From Thermoplasmatota archaeon (GTDB lineage: Archaea > Thermoplasmatota > JAKEGO01), in the NCBI GenBank assembly GCA_028279595.1, contig JANQNK010000004.1, positions 96,001 through 160,000 on the forward strand: 64,000 nt of DNA. Direction: 5' to 3'. This document shows, piece by piece, positions 28,692-40,900 of this stretch. Under the pieces are notes generated by a model that saw nothing but the letters and a program-made list of their open reading frames with translations, did no database searches and was not told the origin of the DNA. Each line of letters opens with the position of its first letter. Position 1 is the first letter of the stretch. Made by a program: the position numbers and the translations under genes.

Positions 28692-30035
28692 TCAGGTCCT
28701 GTGCTTGGCCGAGTCGCGGATACCCGAGCGTGGATATTTTCGGTAGATGTTGGGGCGCCTGAAGATGAACTCGTCGAGGAAGGCCTGCCATGCCGCGATG
28801 GAGTAGATGAACAGGTACGGGAGGATCAGGAATATCGCAGGGACCTCGACCCAGGGGAACCTCCGACCCTCCTTCCTGTCGTGATGAGCCACCAGGAGGA
28901 TGGCCAGCGGCGTGAAGAGCGATATGCTAGAAGCTATCAACTGGACCTCGTACGGTACGACCGCCCCGCCGAACATCCCGAAGGTCTTCAGGACGAGGAG
29001 ACAGTAGTACAGTATTACGACAGGAGCGATGAGCGTGGATGACAGGAGGAAGAGTGTGTCCATCAGATGGAAGCCGCGAAGCTCCTTCGACCTGAACGCA
29101 GGCCCGAGGTTCTTGACCGACCCCTGGAGCCATCCGCGATACCACCTGTGCCTCTGGGCATACCAGTCCCTCAGCCCATTGGGGGCCTCCTCGTGGGCCA
29201 TCATCCTCGGGTCGTGGCCGAGATGGTATCCGGCGATCTGCAGCCTTGCCGCCAGGTCCATGTCCTCGGTGAGGATGTCCTCGTCGAACCAACCGAGCCT
29301 GTTCAGGACGTTCCTCCGGATGAAGAAGTTCCCGCCAGTGAGTACCGAGAACCCGCCGATGGCGTATTTCGAGTAGTACTCGACCCTCTCCCTGATGTCG
29401 CGCTCGGCGCCAATGGTCGCGGTCATCAGGTTCGAGGACTTGTTGATGGGCGTGGACCGTCCCTTGACAGCGTCCATTCCACCGGTGAGATGGGACGCAG
29501 CCCGGGCGACGAAGTCCGGAGCCAGGGAGACGTCGGCATCGACGAACCCGATGACATCGGCGTCGACGAGGTCCCTGGCGGCGTTGAGCGCCGGGACCTT
29601 GCCCGGGTCTCCGTAGTACTCGACCATCTGTATCCGGTCGTCGATCCTCGAGAACCTGGCGATTATGCTGCGACTGTGGTCCGTCGTCCCCTGATCGACC
29701 AGGTAGAGGGCCCGGATCCGGCCCCGGTACCTCTGGTTCACGATGGAACGCAGGTGGCGTGGAAGGACCTTGGCCTCGTCGAACACGGGAACGAAGATGT
29801 CGACGGCCGGCCGTGCCCTTCCGGAGGGCTCCTTTATCGCGATGAAGGAGGACCCTATGGAGAGGTAGTAGCGGAGGGTCCCCAGCAAAATGAAGATGAC
29901 GAAGGCCGTGGCGAGGACGGTCCAGTAAAGCGGGAATAGGAACCCCGGGAGGACGAAGATGACGACCAATGCGATGGTTGCAAATACGTATCCCAAGGCC
30001 GCGATCGGGCCTGTCGAGCGGGTCCGGCGCTCCAT
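28692..30035 (-). CDS. Processive GT2 glycosyltransferase (cellulose-synthase-like)
   Basis: GKVPALN, DAD, TED, QRHRW motifs with N- and C-terminal TM helices. Confidence 0.85.
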   Translation of the reverse strand: MERRTRSTGPIAALGYVFATIALVVIFVLPGFLFPLYWTVLATAFVIFILLGTLRYYLSIGSSFIAIKEPSGRARPAVDIFVPVFDEAKVLPRHLRSIVNQRYRGRIRALYLVDQGTTDHSRSIIARFSRIDDRIQMVEYYGDPGKVPALNAARDLVDADVIGFVDADVSLAPDFVARAASHLTGGMDAVKGRSTPINKSSNLMTATIGAERDIRERVEYYSKYAIGGFSVLTGGNFFIRRNVLNRLGWFDEDILTEDMDLAARLQIAGYHLGHDPRMMAHEEAPNGLRDWYAQRHRWYRGWLQGSVKNLGPAFRSKELRGFHLMDTLFLLSSTLIAPVVILYYCLLVLKTFGMFGGAVVPYEVQLIASSISLFTPLAILLVAHHDRKEGRRFPWVEVPAIFLILPYLFIYSIAAWQAFLDEFIFRRPNIYRKYPRSGIRDSAKHRT

Positions 30036-30219
30036 GCAGGGGTTAGGCCTCCGCAATATTTAAATGAATTCGGGACAAGAGGGTGTTGGGTACTCCAAGG
30101 CAGCGTGATGCGTCGCCGTGGATATGCTGAAAAAACCGCTGGAATGCGGCCCTGTCCGGACGCACTGGAAGGGAAAATCTAAATACCGCATGGATATTAG
30201 CAGGTTGCAGAGGGCTTGC

Positions 30220-31596
30220 ATGTTGAAGAAGAAGAAGGGCGAGGAGCTTCCAGAGCTATCCCTCCAGCCAATGGAGGAGCTTTCGCTGGAACCGCAACCG
30301 CTCCAGGAGCTGAGCCTAGAACCAGAACCGCTCTCCCTGGAGCCTGAGCCAACCCTGTCCCTCGAACCGCAACCCCTTTCTTTGGAGCCGGAGCCTCAAC
30401 AACTCTCGCTGGAGCCTGAGCCCATGCTCTCGCTCGATCCACAGCCCTTGTCATTGGAGCCAGAACCAGCGCCCCTCAGCCTTGAACCGGAGCCGCTGCC
30501 GATGGCGCCGCTGGAACCTACGCCGCCACCGCTTCAGCCCGCAGCCCCCCTCGAACCCACCCCGCCACCCCTACAGCCGGCGGTCGGTCTCGAGCCCACT
30601 CCACCGTCGCTCCAACCTGCAGGCCCGAGCCTCGAGCCTGCGCCGCCTACGCTACAACCCTCTGGTCCCGATCCATTCCTGCAACCGGGTCCGATGCTGA
30701 CCCCCAGCGAGCCGACGCTTCAGCCGGCACCCATGCTGGGCGGTCCGGTGCTCCAGCCGAGCGGTCCGACGCTCGAGCCCGCTGGACCCCCGAGGCTCGA
30801 ACTCCCGCCATTGCCCGAGGAGGAGGAGGACACCTCGGGCCGGTTGAAACTCCCCGATGTCCCGAGGGGACTCGAGGACCGGGACAGGACCCTCCCGGAG
30901 GCGGACGAGATTGCGAAGCTCCAGGAGAAGCTCTACTCTCAGCTCGAGGACGCCACCGAGCGAATGCAGGAGCTCATGGAGGCACAGGGACGGCTCGATG
31001 AGCTGCAGGGAGCCATGAAGGAGATCAACAAGCTCAAGAAGACCCAGCACGAGCTGGAGAACCTCCAGGACCAGAGGCTCAAGGTACTGAAGGAGGCCTC
31101 CACCGGGACCGCGCCGGTCCCGAGACCAGGGGAGTCCAGACCGAAGAGGCCGCCTGGCCAGGCCCGGAAGGTCCCGATACAGCAGGGACCCCCCACGCCA
31201 GCAAAGGGCCCGATGTTGACACCGCCCGGAGTGCAGGCGCCGCCAATGGCACCCGCACCACCGCCGCCCCCGGATGCTGCGGCCATCGGGAAGGACAAGG
31301 TCCTGAAGTGCAACAACTGCGGTGCGATGCTCAAGATCAGCATTCCCGAGGGTAAGAACAGCGTCAACGTGAAGTGTCCGGTTTGCAGCACCGTGGGAGA
31401 GTTCAGGATCGGGTCCAAACCCGCACCTGGAGCCGCCCCCAAGGCGCCTGCGGGGGCACCCGCAGCAGGGGAGGAGCCGGAGAACCTCATCAAGGTGAAG
31501 TGTCCAGCGTGCACCAAGACGTTCAGTGTCGAAAAGACGCCTGGCCCGCAGAAGATACACTGCCCCTACTGCGACACCGAGGGCATGATGAAGTGA
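30220..31596 (+). CDS. Pro-rich repeat protein with a coiled coil and two C-terminal zinc ribbons
   Basis: 10x LSL(E/Q/D)P, (L/P)EP/LQP repeats, heptad segment, CNNC..CPVC and CPAC..CPYC. Confidence 0.7.
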   Translation: MLKKKKGEELPELSLQPMEELSLEPQPLQELSLEPEPLSLEPEPTLSLEPQPLSLEPEPQQLSLEPEPMLSLDPQPLSLEPEPAPLSLEPEPLPMAPLEPTPPPLQPAAPLEPTPPPLQPAVGLEPTPPSLQPAGPSLEPAPPTLQPSGPDPFLQPGPMLTPSEPTLQPAPMLGGPVLQPSGPTLEPAGPPRLELPPLPEEEEDTSGRLKLPDVPRGLEDRDRTLPEADEIAKLQEKLYSQLEDATERMQELMEAQGRLDELQGAMKEINKLKKTQHELENLQDQRLKVLKEASTGTAPVPRPGESRPKRPPGQARKVPIQQGPPTPAKGPMLTPPGVQAPPMAPAPPPPPDAAAIGKDKVLKCNNCGAMLKISIPEGKNSVNVKCPVCSTVGEFRIGSKPAPGAAPKAPAGAPAAGEEPENLIKVKCPACTKTFSVEKTPGPQKIHCPYCDTEGMMK

Positions 31597-31637
31597 GCCC
31601 GCAAACCTTTTAATCCCAGCGACCTTCTTATGGAGCG

Positions 31638-31733
31638 ATGAAGCCACGAACCCAGGACCTGATGAAGAAGGCGATCGCCATAGGCTTCGTGCTGTTGCTG
31701 CTGTTCTCCAGCTTCGTCGTCATGTTCAACTGA
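31638..31733 (+). CDS. 31-aa single-TM microprotein
   Basis: MKPRTQDLMKKAIAIGFVLLLLFSSFVVMFN*; GGAG RBS and an upstream GCAAACCTTTTAAT promoter; host-like codons; too short for the ORF track. Confidence 0.55.
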   Translation: MKPRTQDLMKKAIAIGFVLLLLFSSFVVMFN

Positions 31734-31939
31734 ACGACAAATGTTACCAACCCTTCAGTGGATACTTTCCTTTTCAAGGCACTATAGTTTTGTAATGTAA
31801 ATGTAGTGTTACGATTGATAATCCTTAAAAACCGCTGAAATGTGCGGAAAACCTGCGCAAAACCGCATATTTTCGCCGGAAACCCTTACCAAAATCAATA
31901 TATAGATTGCCAGATTTCGTTTCTGGACTAGGTGATGCA

Positions 31940-34900
31940 ATGACCAAACACATCGCAGTCGGAATTATAGCAGTTGTATCGCTAGCGATGCTCGTGTTCT
32001 GTACCCCAGTCTCCGCTGACTTCGGGGACGATATCCTCTTCGCGGAGATCGGAGGGGAGACCGGACCGGACATGATCGTCGCCGATGCGGAGGCAGGGAC
32101 CGGAGGAGAGGTATACATCCTCCTGGACCCTGACGAGGGTAATTTGACAGTGTCGGACGCCGACATCACATTGACTGGTGCGGCCGGCAGCATGTTCGGG
32201 TCCGGGGTCTCGTTCACCGACATGAACGACGACAACGTGACGGACCTGATAGTGGGAGCTCCGATGGCCGACAACGGGAACGGAACGGTCTATCTCTTCC
32301 TAGGACCTATAGCCAACGGCTCCTACCAGAATGCGAATATTACTCTTGACGCGCCCGAGGACACGCTGGGATTCGGTGCATCGGTCCAGGCCTCCGAGAT
32401 CAACGGGGATACGAGGCCCGACATCGCGATAGCGAGCATCTACCAGCCCGGTGGGAACGGTCTCGTGGGATCGTACTACGATGACATCGACCTGTCCGAA
32501 CTGATGTACGTCCAGGTCGACGACGATATCGATTTCAACTGGGGACTTGGCGCGCCGACGAACCTTAGCGCTGACACCTTCTCGATACGCTGGACCGGTC
32601 TCTTGTACTGCGAGGAGACCGGCGAGCACACCTTCTGGGTGGACGCCGACGATGCTATCCGCGTCTACATCGACGGCGACATGGTCATCGATGCGTGGGG
32701 TGGAGCGCCGAATGCATCGGAAGGTGTGTACCTCCTAGAGGGATATCACGACATCAAGGTCGAGTACGCCGATGATACGCTCGACGCGTACGTGAACCTC
32801 AATTGGACGACGGCATATTCTAGTGGTCCCGTCCCGACCGCGAACCTGGTCCCGTCCTTGTCCAGTCCGTTGTTCATAGTCAACGGAAAGACGAACCTCT
32901 CGAACCTGGAGGTCTCGGACATCCTCGTCGGAGAGGTGATGGGTAGCACATTCGGCAGCGAGATGATCGATTCCGACGAGGGATTGGTGGTGGGCTCCTG
33001 GTCGACCGGCCACGTCTTCATCCATGACGCGGACACGGCCGGAGACACCGAGACCTACTATGCCTATCCACAGTACAAGGGATCAGGGGATGAGACTGGT
33101 GAACCCGTCAGTGATCTGTGGGGCGATGACAATAACTATTACGAGGTCGAGAGAGGGAACAGCGAGGACGATCTGGAAATAGATACGTTCTACATCTACC
33201 AGCTACCGGCAATAGCCCGTCAATACGGGGAGATAGCTGGCGTCAACCTTTTGGTAAGGTGGTCCACCGACCAGTACTACATCTGGCAGGGCAACGGGGA
33301 TATGAACTATGTCCAGTTCGCGATAGAGGGGGATGCATATGAGGACCTCGTTCAGCCGACAAGGACCACAACTGAGGCCACGATCACTGGCAACCTCTAC
33401 AACAAGGGAGTAGATACGTACGGTGAGATCGAGGACCTCAACATACATTTCAACAATGGAGATGTCGGAAGCAGCGCGGATTCGGTCTACTTCGAGTTCA
33501 TCCTGGTGGAGATCGAGGTCTCTCTACCCGTGATGGACGAGTATGTGGACGGACCGGCCTCCTTCGGTATGTCCCTCGCCTCGTATGGCGATGACCTGTA
33601 CGTAGGGGCGCCCTATGCTGGTCCGATGACCAACGATCACGAGCTCGTGGGGATGTCCGGCGGAGGAAGCGCGTACTCCTTCGACATGACATCGTTGCCC
33701 GATGCTGCGGCGGAGGCGGGGGGCATCCTCTTCGGGACGCCCGGGTCCGAGTTCGGAAGCTCGTTGGCCACCGCCGACGGCATGTTGGCCATCGGCGCAC
33801 CTGAAGCATTCCTAGCCGACGACACCGGGGCCGTGTTCCTCGCCGAGGACATGGACCTCTCCGGATCCGGCCTTTGCCCGTACGGATCGGGCAACGCGGG
33901 GACAGTGGTCGCGATGAACGGCACATTGCTCGCCGCGGGAAATCCGGAGACCGACACCATCCATCTCATAGACATCACCGACGCCCCGACCATGGAGGTC
34001 GACAGGTCCGACTCGGTCCATGTGCCGACATCCGAGCAGTACACCATTGACATCAGCTCGACGGGCGTTCTCGCCATCACATCATATACGATCCCTGCCT
34101 GGGACTCCGATTTCAACGGAACTGACTGGATCAGGATGAGCGCCGGGGACCTCGACATGGATGTCGATATCAACACGGCGCCCGGACACGATACACCGGT
34201 AAGCATAGTCGGCAGGAGCCTTGACGGCCTGACATGCGGGCTCGACGTCATCTGGTTCAGGACGATGGAGGACAGCTTCTCCGTCGACGACCTTCACATC
34301 GTACGGGCGGACGGCAAGGCCTTCGCCTCGCCAGAGGGCGGCGTGGCCGGCGAGGTCAGCACGGTGAGGCCGTTCGTAAGGTACAGTGGGCCTGGTACGA
34401 CCGCTACAGACGTGGAGATCTCCACGGGAGGTTCCTACCTGAACCGGACAGTGCCACTGCCGTCGGACCTCATGGTCCTGGGCGACAACCTAACGGTCTC
34501 GAGCTACGGGACGGAGGCCTGGAGGGCCACCGACCAGATGGGCAGCTCGTACACGACAATCTCATTGACCGAGAGCCACTACTCCTGGAGGGTGATCGTC
34601 AACGGTTCATACCTACTCCAGAGGAGCGGATCGGTCGGCCTAAGGTTCTACACGCCGGTCGCGCTCACCTTCGATCAGGTCTCCATCGCGAGGGCGAGCG
34701 GGGATGATAGGAACATCTTCGACGAGACCCTCACGGAGGTCTCCTTCGGCGGGATGCCGTACTACCGTGCGGCAGCCGGAGAGGTCTTCGTATCGGATTG
34801 GACCGATTTCTCGATCGATCCGGACGGCATCTACGCCGTCTCCTTCCACACCCAGACTAACAGCACCAACGAGTTGACGTACTTCTACGGGTCTGGCATC

Positions 34901-37900
34901 GGAGAGACCTATTACAGGACTGGCGATTACAGGAGCGATCCAGACTGGTCCGACAACGCACCTTCGTCCTCGGCGTTCTCTGCCTATCTAATATCGGTGC
35001 AGAGCGAGACGCTCCCATCGGTATCCGGGATCGTATCGATTCCCTGGTACTCGCCCGTTGGCTGGAACTCCATCGGATGGACAGCGACCACTCCGGGCGG
35101 CAGCTCGGTGAGGGGGAGCATCAGGACCGCGGACGATGTGGGCGGTATGCCCGCGAACTGGTCTGCCTGGAGGGGTCCGTCTGGAGAGGACCCGTACCTC
35201 GCACCGTCAGCGATGACTGAAACGTCCTCCTGGATCCAGTACAGGGCCGAACTCGTCACCTCGGACGGGATGGCCCCGATCCTTCACAGTTTCTATCTTG
35301 GGACCACACAGGGCGACGCGGTCCAGGACGAATGGACCACCATCTGGGATCCCACATGGGGCACCGGGGATATTACGGGGATCGAGATGCAGTACCGGCT
35401 GGACAGCCTGTGGACGGGCTCGGTCGGATATCACAACATAACGGTCGGCCTGGGCGGTGAGACCGGTACGTTCATGGTCGAGATGGAATCGAACGCTCCC
35501 AACGGGGTGGTCACCATCTCCGGACGTACGGAGGACATCCAGGCGTACGCGCTAACGGGGGCTGCAATATCACTATCCAACCTTCGGACAGGGAGCATGT
35601 TGAACACGACCTCCGACGGATCGGGCGATTATTCGCTCGACCTCTCGAGCCTGCCTGGCGGCTACATCGACGGGGAGGCATTCATCATAAATGCGACGCA
35701 CATGGGGTCCTTCGGTACGGAGGCCTTCACTATCTACTCGGAGGACGGGGACAGGACGATCGATATCGCCCTAGAGCTCGAGGGGCTCGAGATCTTCGTC
35801 GATCTGCAGGACACACCGTATGGACAGAGGTTCATCAGGATGAACCGGGAGTCGGACGGTGCGGAGACCGATACGCCGGTTGAGGGAGAGGACACGCTCC
35901 TGTCCGCGAGGATCGGTAACAGGGGGCAGCTCGACGCCAAGAACGTCACCCTCGGATTCTTCGACAACGGGACGATCATCGGAGCGGAGCAGAAATTGAA
36001 CATAACCTCCGGAGATGTCGTCGAGATCCAGCAGTGGTGGACGCCAACGCCTGGATGGACGAACCTTTCAGTGAAGGCCTGGGGGATGTGGAACACGGAA
36101 CACTACTTCTGGGCGGACCTCTGGGACTCACCCATCGACTGGGGAGGCGCGGTGGACTTCACGACCGAGGCATACAACACCCCCGACGATCTCAACACAT
36201 GGTGGATCGACGGGGCGGACCCGAACAGCTCCATGGATGGCTGGGATTGGCTGCCCTTCGCATATGGAAGCACGGATGAGGATTACACCTGGCTCGGTGA
36301 ACCGAGTGGGGAGGCGGACTATGTTGAAGCGGGACAGATCGAGATAAGGATAGGCCGCTACAGCGGCTGGGGGAACTCGGGCATGGACGGGGAATCGTCC
36401 GGCGCCTTCGGAACGCAGTTCTACATAGAGCCGGACGCTTTCGCGGAATGGACCGGTGGAAAGGCGATACTCAGGTTCGTCTGGGACTGGGACCAGTGGT
36501 CCGGCACGGAGGAAAGATGCTCCCTGCTGGGACGGATCAGGACCAGGAACGACACCCTTTGGCTGGGGTCAGATGTGAGCACAGCCTACTATCCAAATTC
36601 CTCGGCGGCCATCTACGGAAAGAACGAGGACGAGAACACCAACCAGGACTTCTGGGACCAGAATTTCGTCCAGGACGTAACGTCGATCTTCAACCAGTCG
36701 GGTCATTACTATCTCGACCTAGGCGCATGGGTCGATGACACGTCCCGCAAGGGTGAAGGGGCGAGCGCATCCTTCGATGATATCTCCCTCGAGTTCGTCA
36801 GGGAGGTCACGGACCAGTTCCCCGACAACGACGAGGGGTGGATGAACGTCACGGTACTTCCCAATCAACCTGTGACGCCGTTCAATGCCAGCGTCCAGTT
36901 CATAGACAATTACAATCTCACGGGCCTCAGGGTCAACTTCACCTCGTACACGACCTCCGGATCATGGTCGCTGGACGACAGGGCCAATGGCACGGGACAT
37001 TACGATATCGGAATACCGGCGATCAACTATACCGAGGCTGATATGCTAAATATCGTCGTCGACGATGTCCTGGATGGAGTGCGTTTCCTGGGTTCGTACC
37101 AGACCGTACTCTATTCCTACGAGAGCCCGGCCTCGATCGTGATCCCGCTGTTCAGCTACGGGTTCAGCATGACGCCAGTGAGCACACATGCAGTTCTCTC
37201 ACCCGGTGATTCATTCAATTACTCATTGATGGTCATGAGCGACTCGAACGTCGGTGTTGACATCTATCTGAACGTTACCGGACTTCCGGCAGGATGGGAC
37301 GTGGTCCTGTCCGGATCGAACGTCAACAAGTCTGGAGGTCAGTACACCGTGTGGGTACCAGCTTATGGCTCGGTCACGGTAACCGTATTCCTTGAGCTCG
37401 ACGAGGACCCGCTGTCGTCATTGCCTGGCAACTACTCATGGTCGGTGGACGGCGGGGCGTGGTTCGGAAAGGACTCGATCACCATGCTGTCGGACGTCAT
37501 TCCCGTATACACCTTCGAGATCTCCGATATCGACGTGGAGACCATCGTTCCTGGAGGGACCGTCTTCTACAACGTCACCGTGCTCAGCACCGGCAACGTC
37601 GACAACATCATCGACTTCAACCTCACCGCTCCAGACAACTGGACGGTGCATATCCCGAACACCGCCCTGCCATTGGCAGCGAGCACGAGCGAGAACATCG
37701 TGTTCTACATCACTGCTCCCGATTGGCCCGGAAAGAACATGACCCAGGGAACGGACTACAACCTGACTCTCGACGGGGCGAGCCGGCATTCCGCCGACGC
37801 AGACATGAAGGCGGTCGATCTGGAGATCGGCAGCATTCACGATATCAGACTCGAAGGGGATGACATGGAATGCGAGCCGGGCATCCCGGTGTTCTATCCG

Positions 37901-40900
37901 ATCAACATCACGAACCACGGCAATGTCAGGGAGACGGTGACCTTGATGCTCGAGTGGAATGCCACGATCGGGAATGTCTCTACGCCGACGCCTATCGTCC
38001 TGGACCCGGGCGAGTGGTACATACTGGACATCGTTTTCACACCGTCGCCCGACTACAACGTCTCTACCGCCGACAGGGTCCTCGAGATAAACGCCAGCTA
38101 CGGCAGTGCCCTGCTCAACGCGAGGTTCACCGTGGAGCGGGTATACGACCTTCACTTCATCGTACCGGACACCATAGATACCGTCATCGGACAGGAGACC
38201 GAGTTCGAGGTCACGATCGAGAACCGTGGGAACGGTGATGCCACATACAAGATCGGGGTTTCGAACGGGATCCCGAGCACACCCTTCATGGAGCTCGTGA
38301 CATGGGACCCGAGGACATTGGGTGTCAAGATGACGCCGGACACGGAGGGGTGGTCCAACGTCACGCTGTCGCTCATCCTCGACTCAGAGACCATCGGCCA
38401 GATCGCTGTTCCGATCAAGGCCAGCAGAGGATACATCGACTTCGTCATGGGTGATAGCGAGGTTGTCATCAACGACGTGGACGCCTATGACATCTCCCCG
38501 TCCACCATGGACATGGCCTACATCTCCGCAGGGAATGCCTACTATCTCCCGGCCAACGGCACAGCGGTCGATCTCGGTGCAACGAATGCGACCGACATCG
38601 CGATCACGAACCTCGGATCAGCCTTCATCGCGCTGGCGAAGCCTGACGCGGTGATGGTACACGAGGTCTCGGGGAACGCTCCCTACAACATCGTTGAGAC
38701 CTGGAACATGTCGGTCGGCGGTACCATGGTCGAGATGGACTCCAGCACCTACACGACGGACGGGAACGCGGTCTACCTCGTTTGGATAGCGCCTGGAGGT
38801 GTGAAGTTCCGTTCACTCAGCAACTGGCAGAGCAAGGACTGGAACACGGTTGCGAACATCTACTCGGGAACTGCGACCGCCATCGACCTGGTCGCGTCCG
38901 GTTCCCGGATAAATATTGCATGGGGCGCCTCGAACGGGGTGCACTACGAGCGGGTATCATATCTCGGTTCCGAGGACATCGCCCCCGTGAGGGTCGCCAA
39001 CGTCGCTCCTCCGACCTCGGTCGCCCTATCGAACCCGATGGACCTGCACCTCGCGTGGGCGTCCAACGGCGTGGTCTCCTATGCGACCTACAACGGGTCC
39101 TGGTCGTCGGCGACCAGGCTGCGCGAGGGTTTCGAGGTCGCCGGAGCCGTGGCGGGGGACATCACGTCGTTCGCTATATCCGAGGACTTCGTCTCCGTCG
39201 TACACCCGCCGCAGGGATTCTGGCAGGCATCCGAGAGGGGGGACCCATCGTCCCCGACCATCGTCTGGGACGACGGAATGTACGTCTATTACCTGGATGG
39301 TGACCTCCACGTCAACGAGATCGGGCTTCCGTTCCTGATGGACTGGGGCGAGGAAGCGGAGATCGATGTGACCCTGTACAACCGCGGATCCCGCAACATG
39401 GATGTTTCGCCCACCGCGTCGGTCCACGAGGATTGGACTGCGGACATCGGTTCGGACCCCGTCCCCAAGGGAGGAACGGGGATGATAACGCTCGAGGTGA
39501 AGGCCCCTTACACGATATCATCGGAGGACTCCACGGATGTGGTGATCTCGCTTGACGGGATCGAGATGGTGAGGATACCGGCGCGGGCGTTGGGCGGAGA
39601 GGTCCACGAGGTGTCCGTCGAGGGAGACCTTGCGGCTACGCCGGGTGAGACCCTAGAGACCACCCTGACCTTCACCAACACCGGGAATTCGCATGAGAAC
39701 ATCACGATCGAGCTCATCGTCCCCGAAGGCTGGGAGATGGTCCTCGACTCTGATTCGCTATCGATACCGGCCGGCGGGACGGGTGCCGTGGGAGTGACCG
39801 TAACAGCACCGATCGACACGATCGCACAGGACGACCTGTCCGTCAACCTCACGTTCGCCGGGACGACCACCGTCGTGATGGCGCCAGTGGCCGTCGCCCC
39901 GATGGCCCCACATATCGGGAGCGTCAACGTCACCACCGGTCTCTCGGGAGACATGATATGGATGAATGCGACGGTGTTCAGGGCGCTCTCGGTCGAATGG
40001 TTCCTGCCCAACGGCACGGAACTGTCCGGTACCGAGGTGGTGGGAGCGTTCGACATCCCTGGAACTGCCGTCGTACAGCTCGTCGCCACCAATGAGGCGG
40101 GTGTTGAGTCGACGTTCGTCAACGTCACCATCGGGAACAGACTGCCCACAGGCGTGGACTTCGCGACGGGCAAACTGAAGGCCGGAGAGAGCATCATGCT
40201 CGAGGCCAACGGTACCGACCCCGAGGGAACGCTCCTCACTTTCACCTGGACGATCGAGGGTGAGGAATACGTTGGAACCTCCGTCGATTACCGCTTCGAG
40301 GAAAAGGGAACCTACAAGGTTCTCTTGACAGCGGTGGACGAGCACGGTGGTGCCACGGAGGTCTCGCACAACGTAGTCGTCACCGGTGGTGAGGAGGACG
40401 GCGTTGCCGGGATGGACATGATCGACCTGATGCTGATCATCTCGCTGATACTCCTCATCCTGATCCTCCTGCTCCTCCTGGTGAAGAAACGCAAGGCGCC
40501 GGTCGCCGAGAAGGCCCTCAAGGACGAGAGCATGTTCGAGATGGTCCACCGCCTGTGGCCCCAGTACGTCGACACCGTTCGAGACCTCGATCCGAAGGTG
40601 GCCGACATACTGGAGCAGGCGAAGCTGTTGAACTACGACGAGACGACGAACGTGCTAACACTGGGTCTCGCAGAGGGTGAGGACTTCAAGAAGGCTGTGA
40701 TGCCCGAGGTACTCGAGGTGATGGAGCGCGGATTCCACGACCTCCACGGGACCAGGGTATTCCTGTTCATCGAGAGCGGGATGGGCGCGGCTCCGAAGGA
40801 GGAAAGCGGTCCGACGCTGACCCTCGTCAAGGACGAGCCACCTAAGAAGGGTGGCGCGGCAGAGCCCGGGGCAGTGAAGAAGGGCCCCCGGAAGAGGAAG

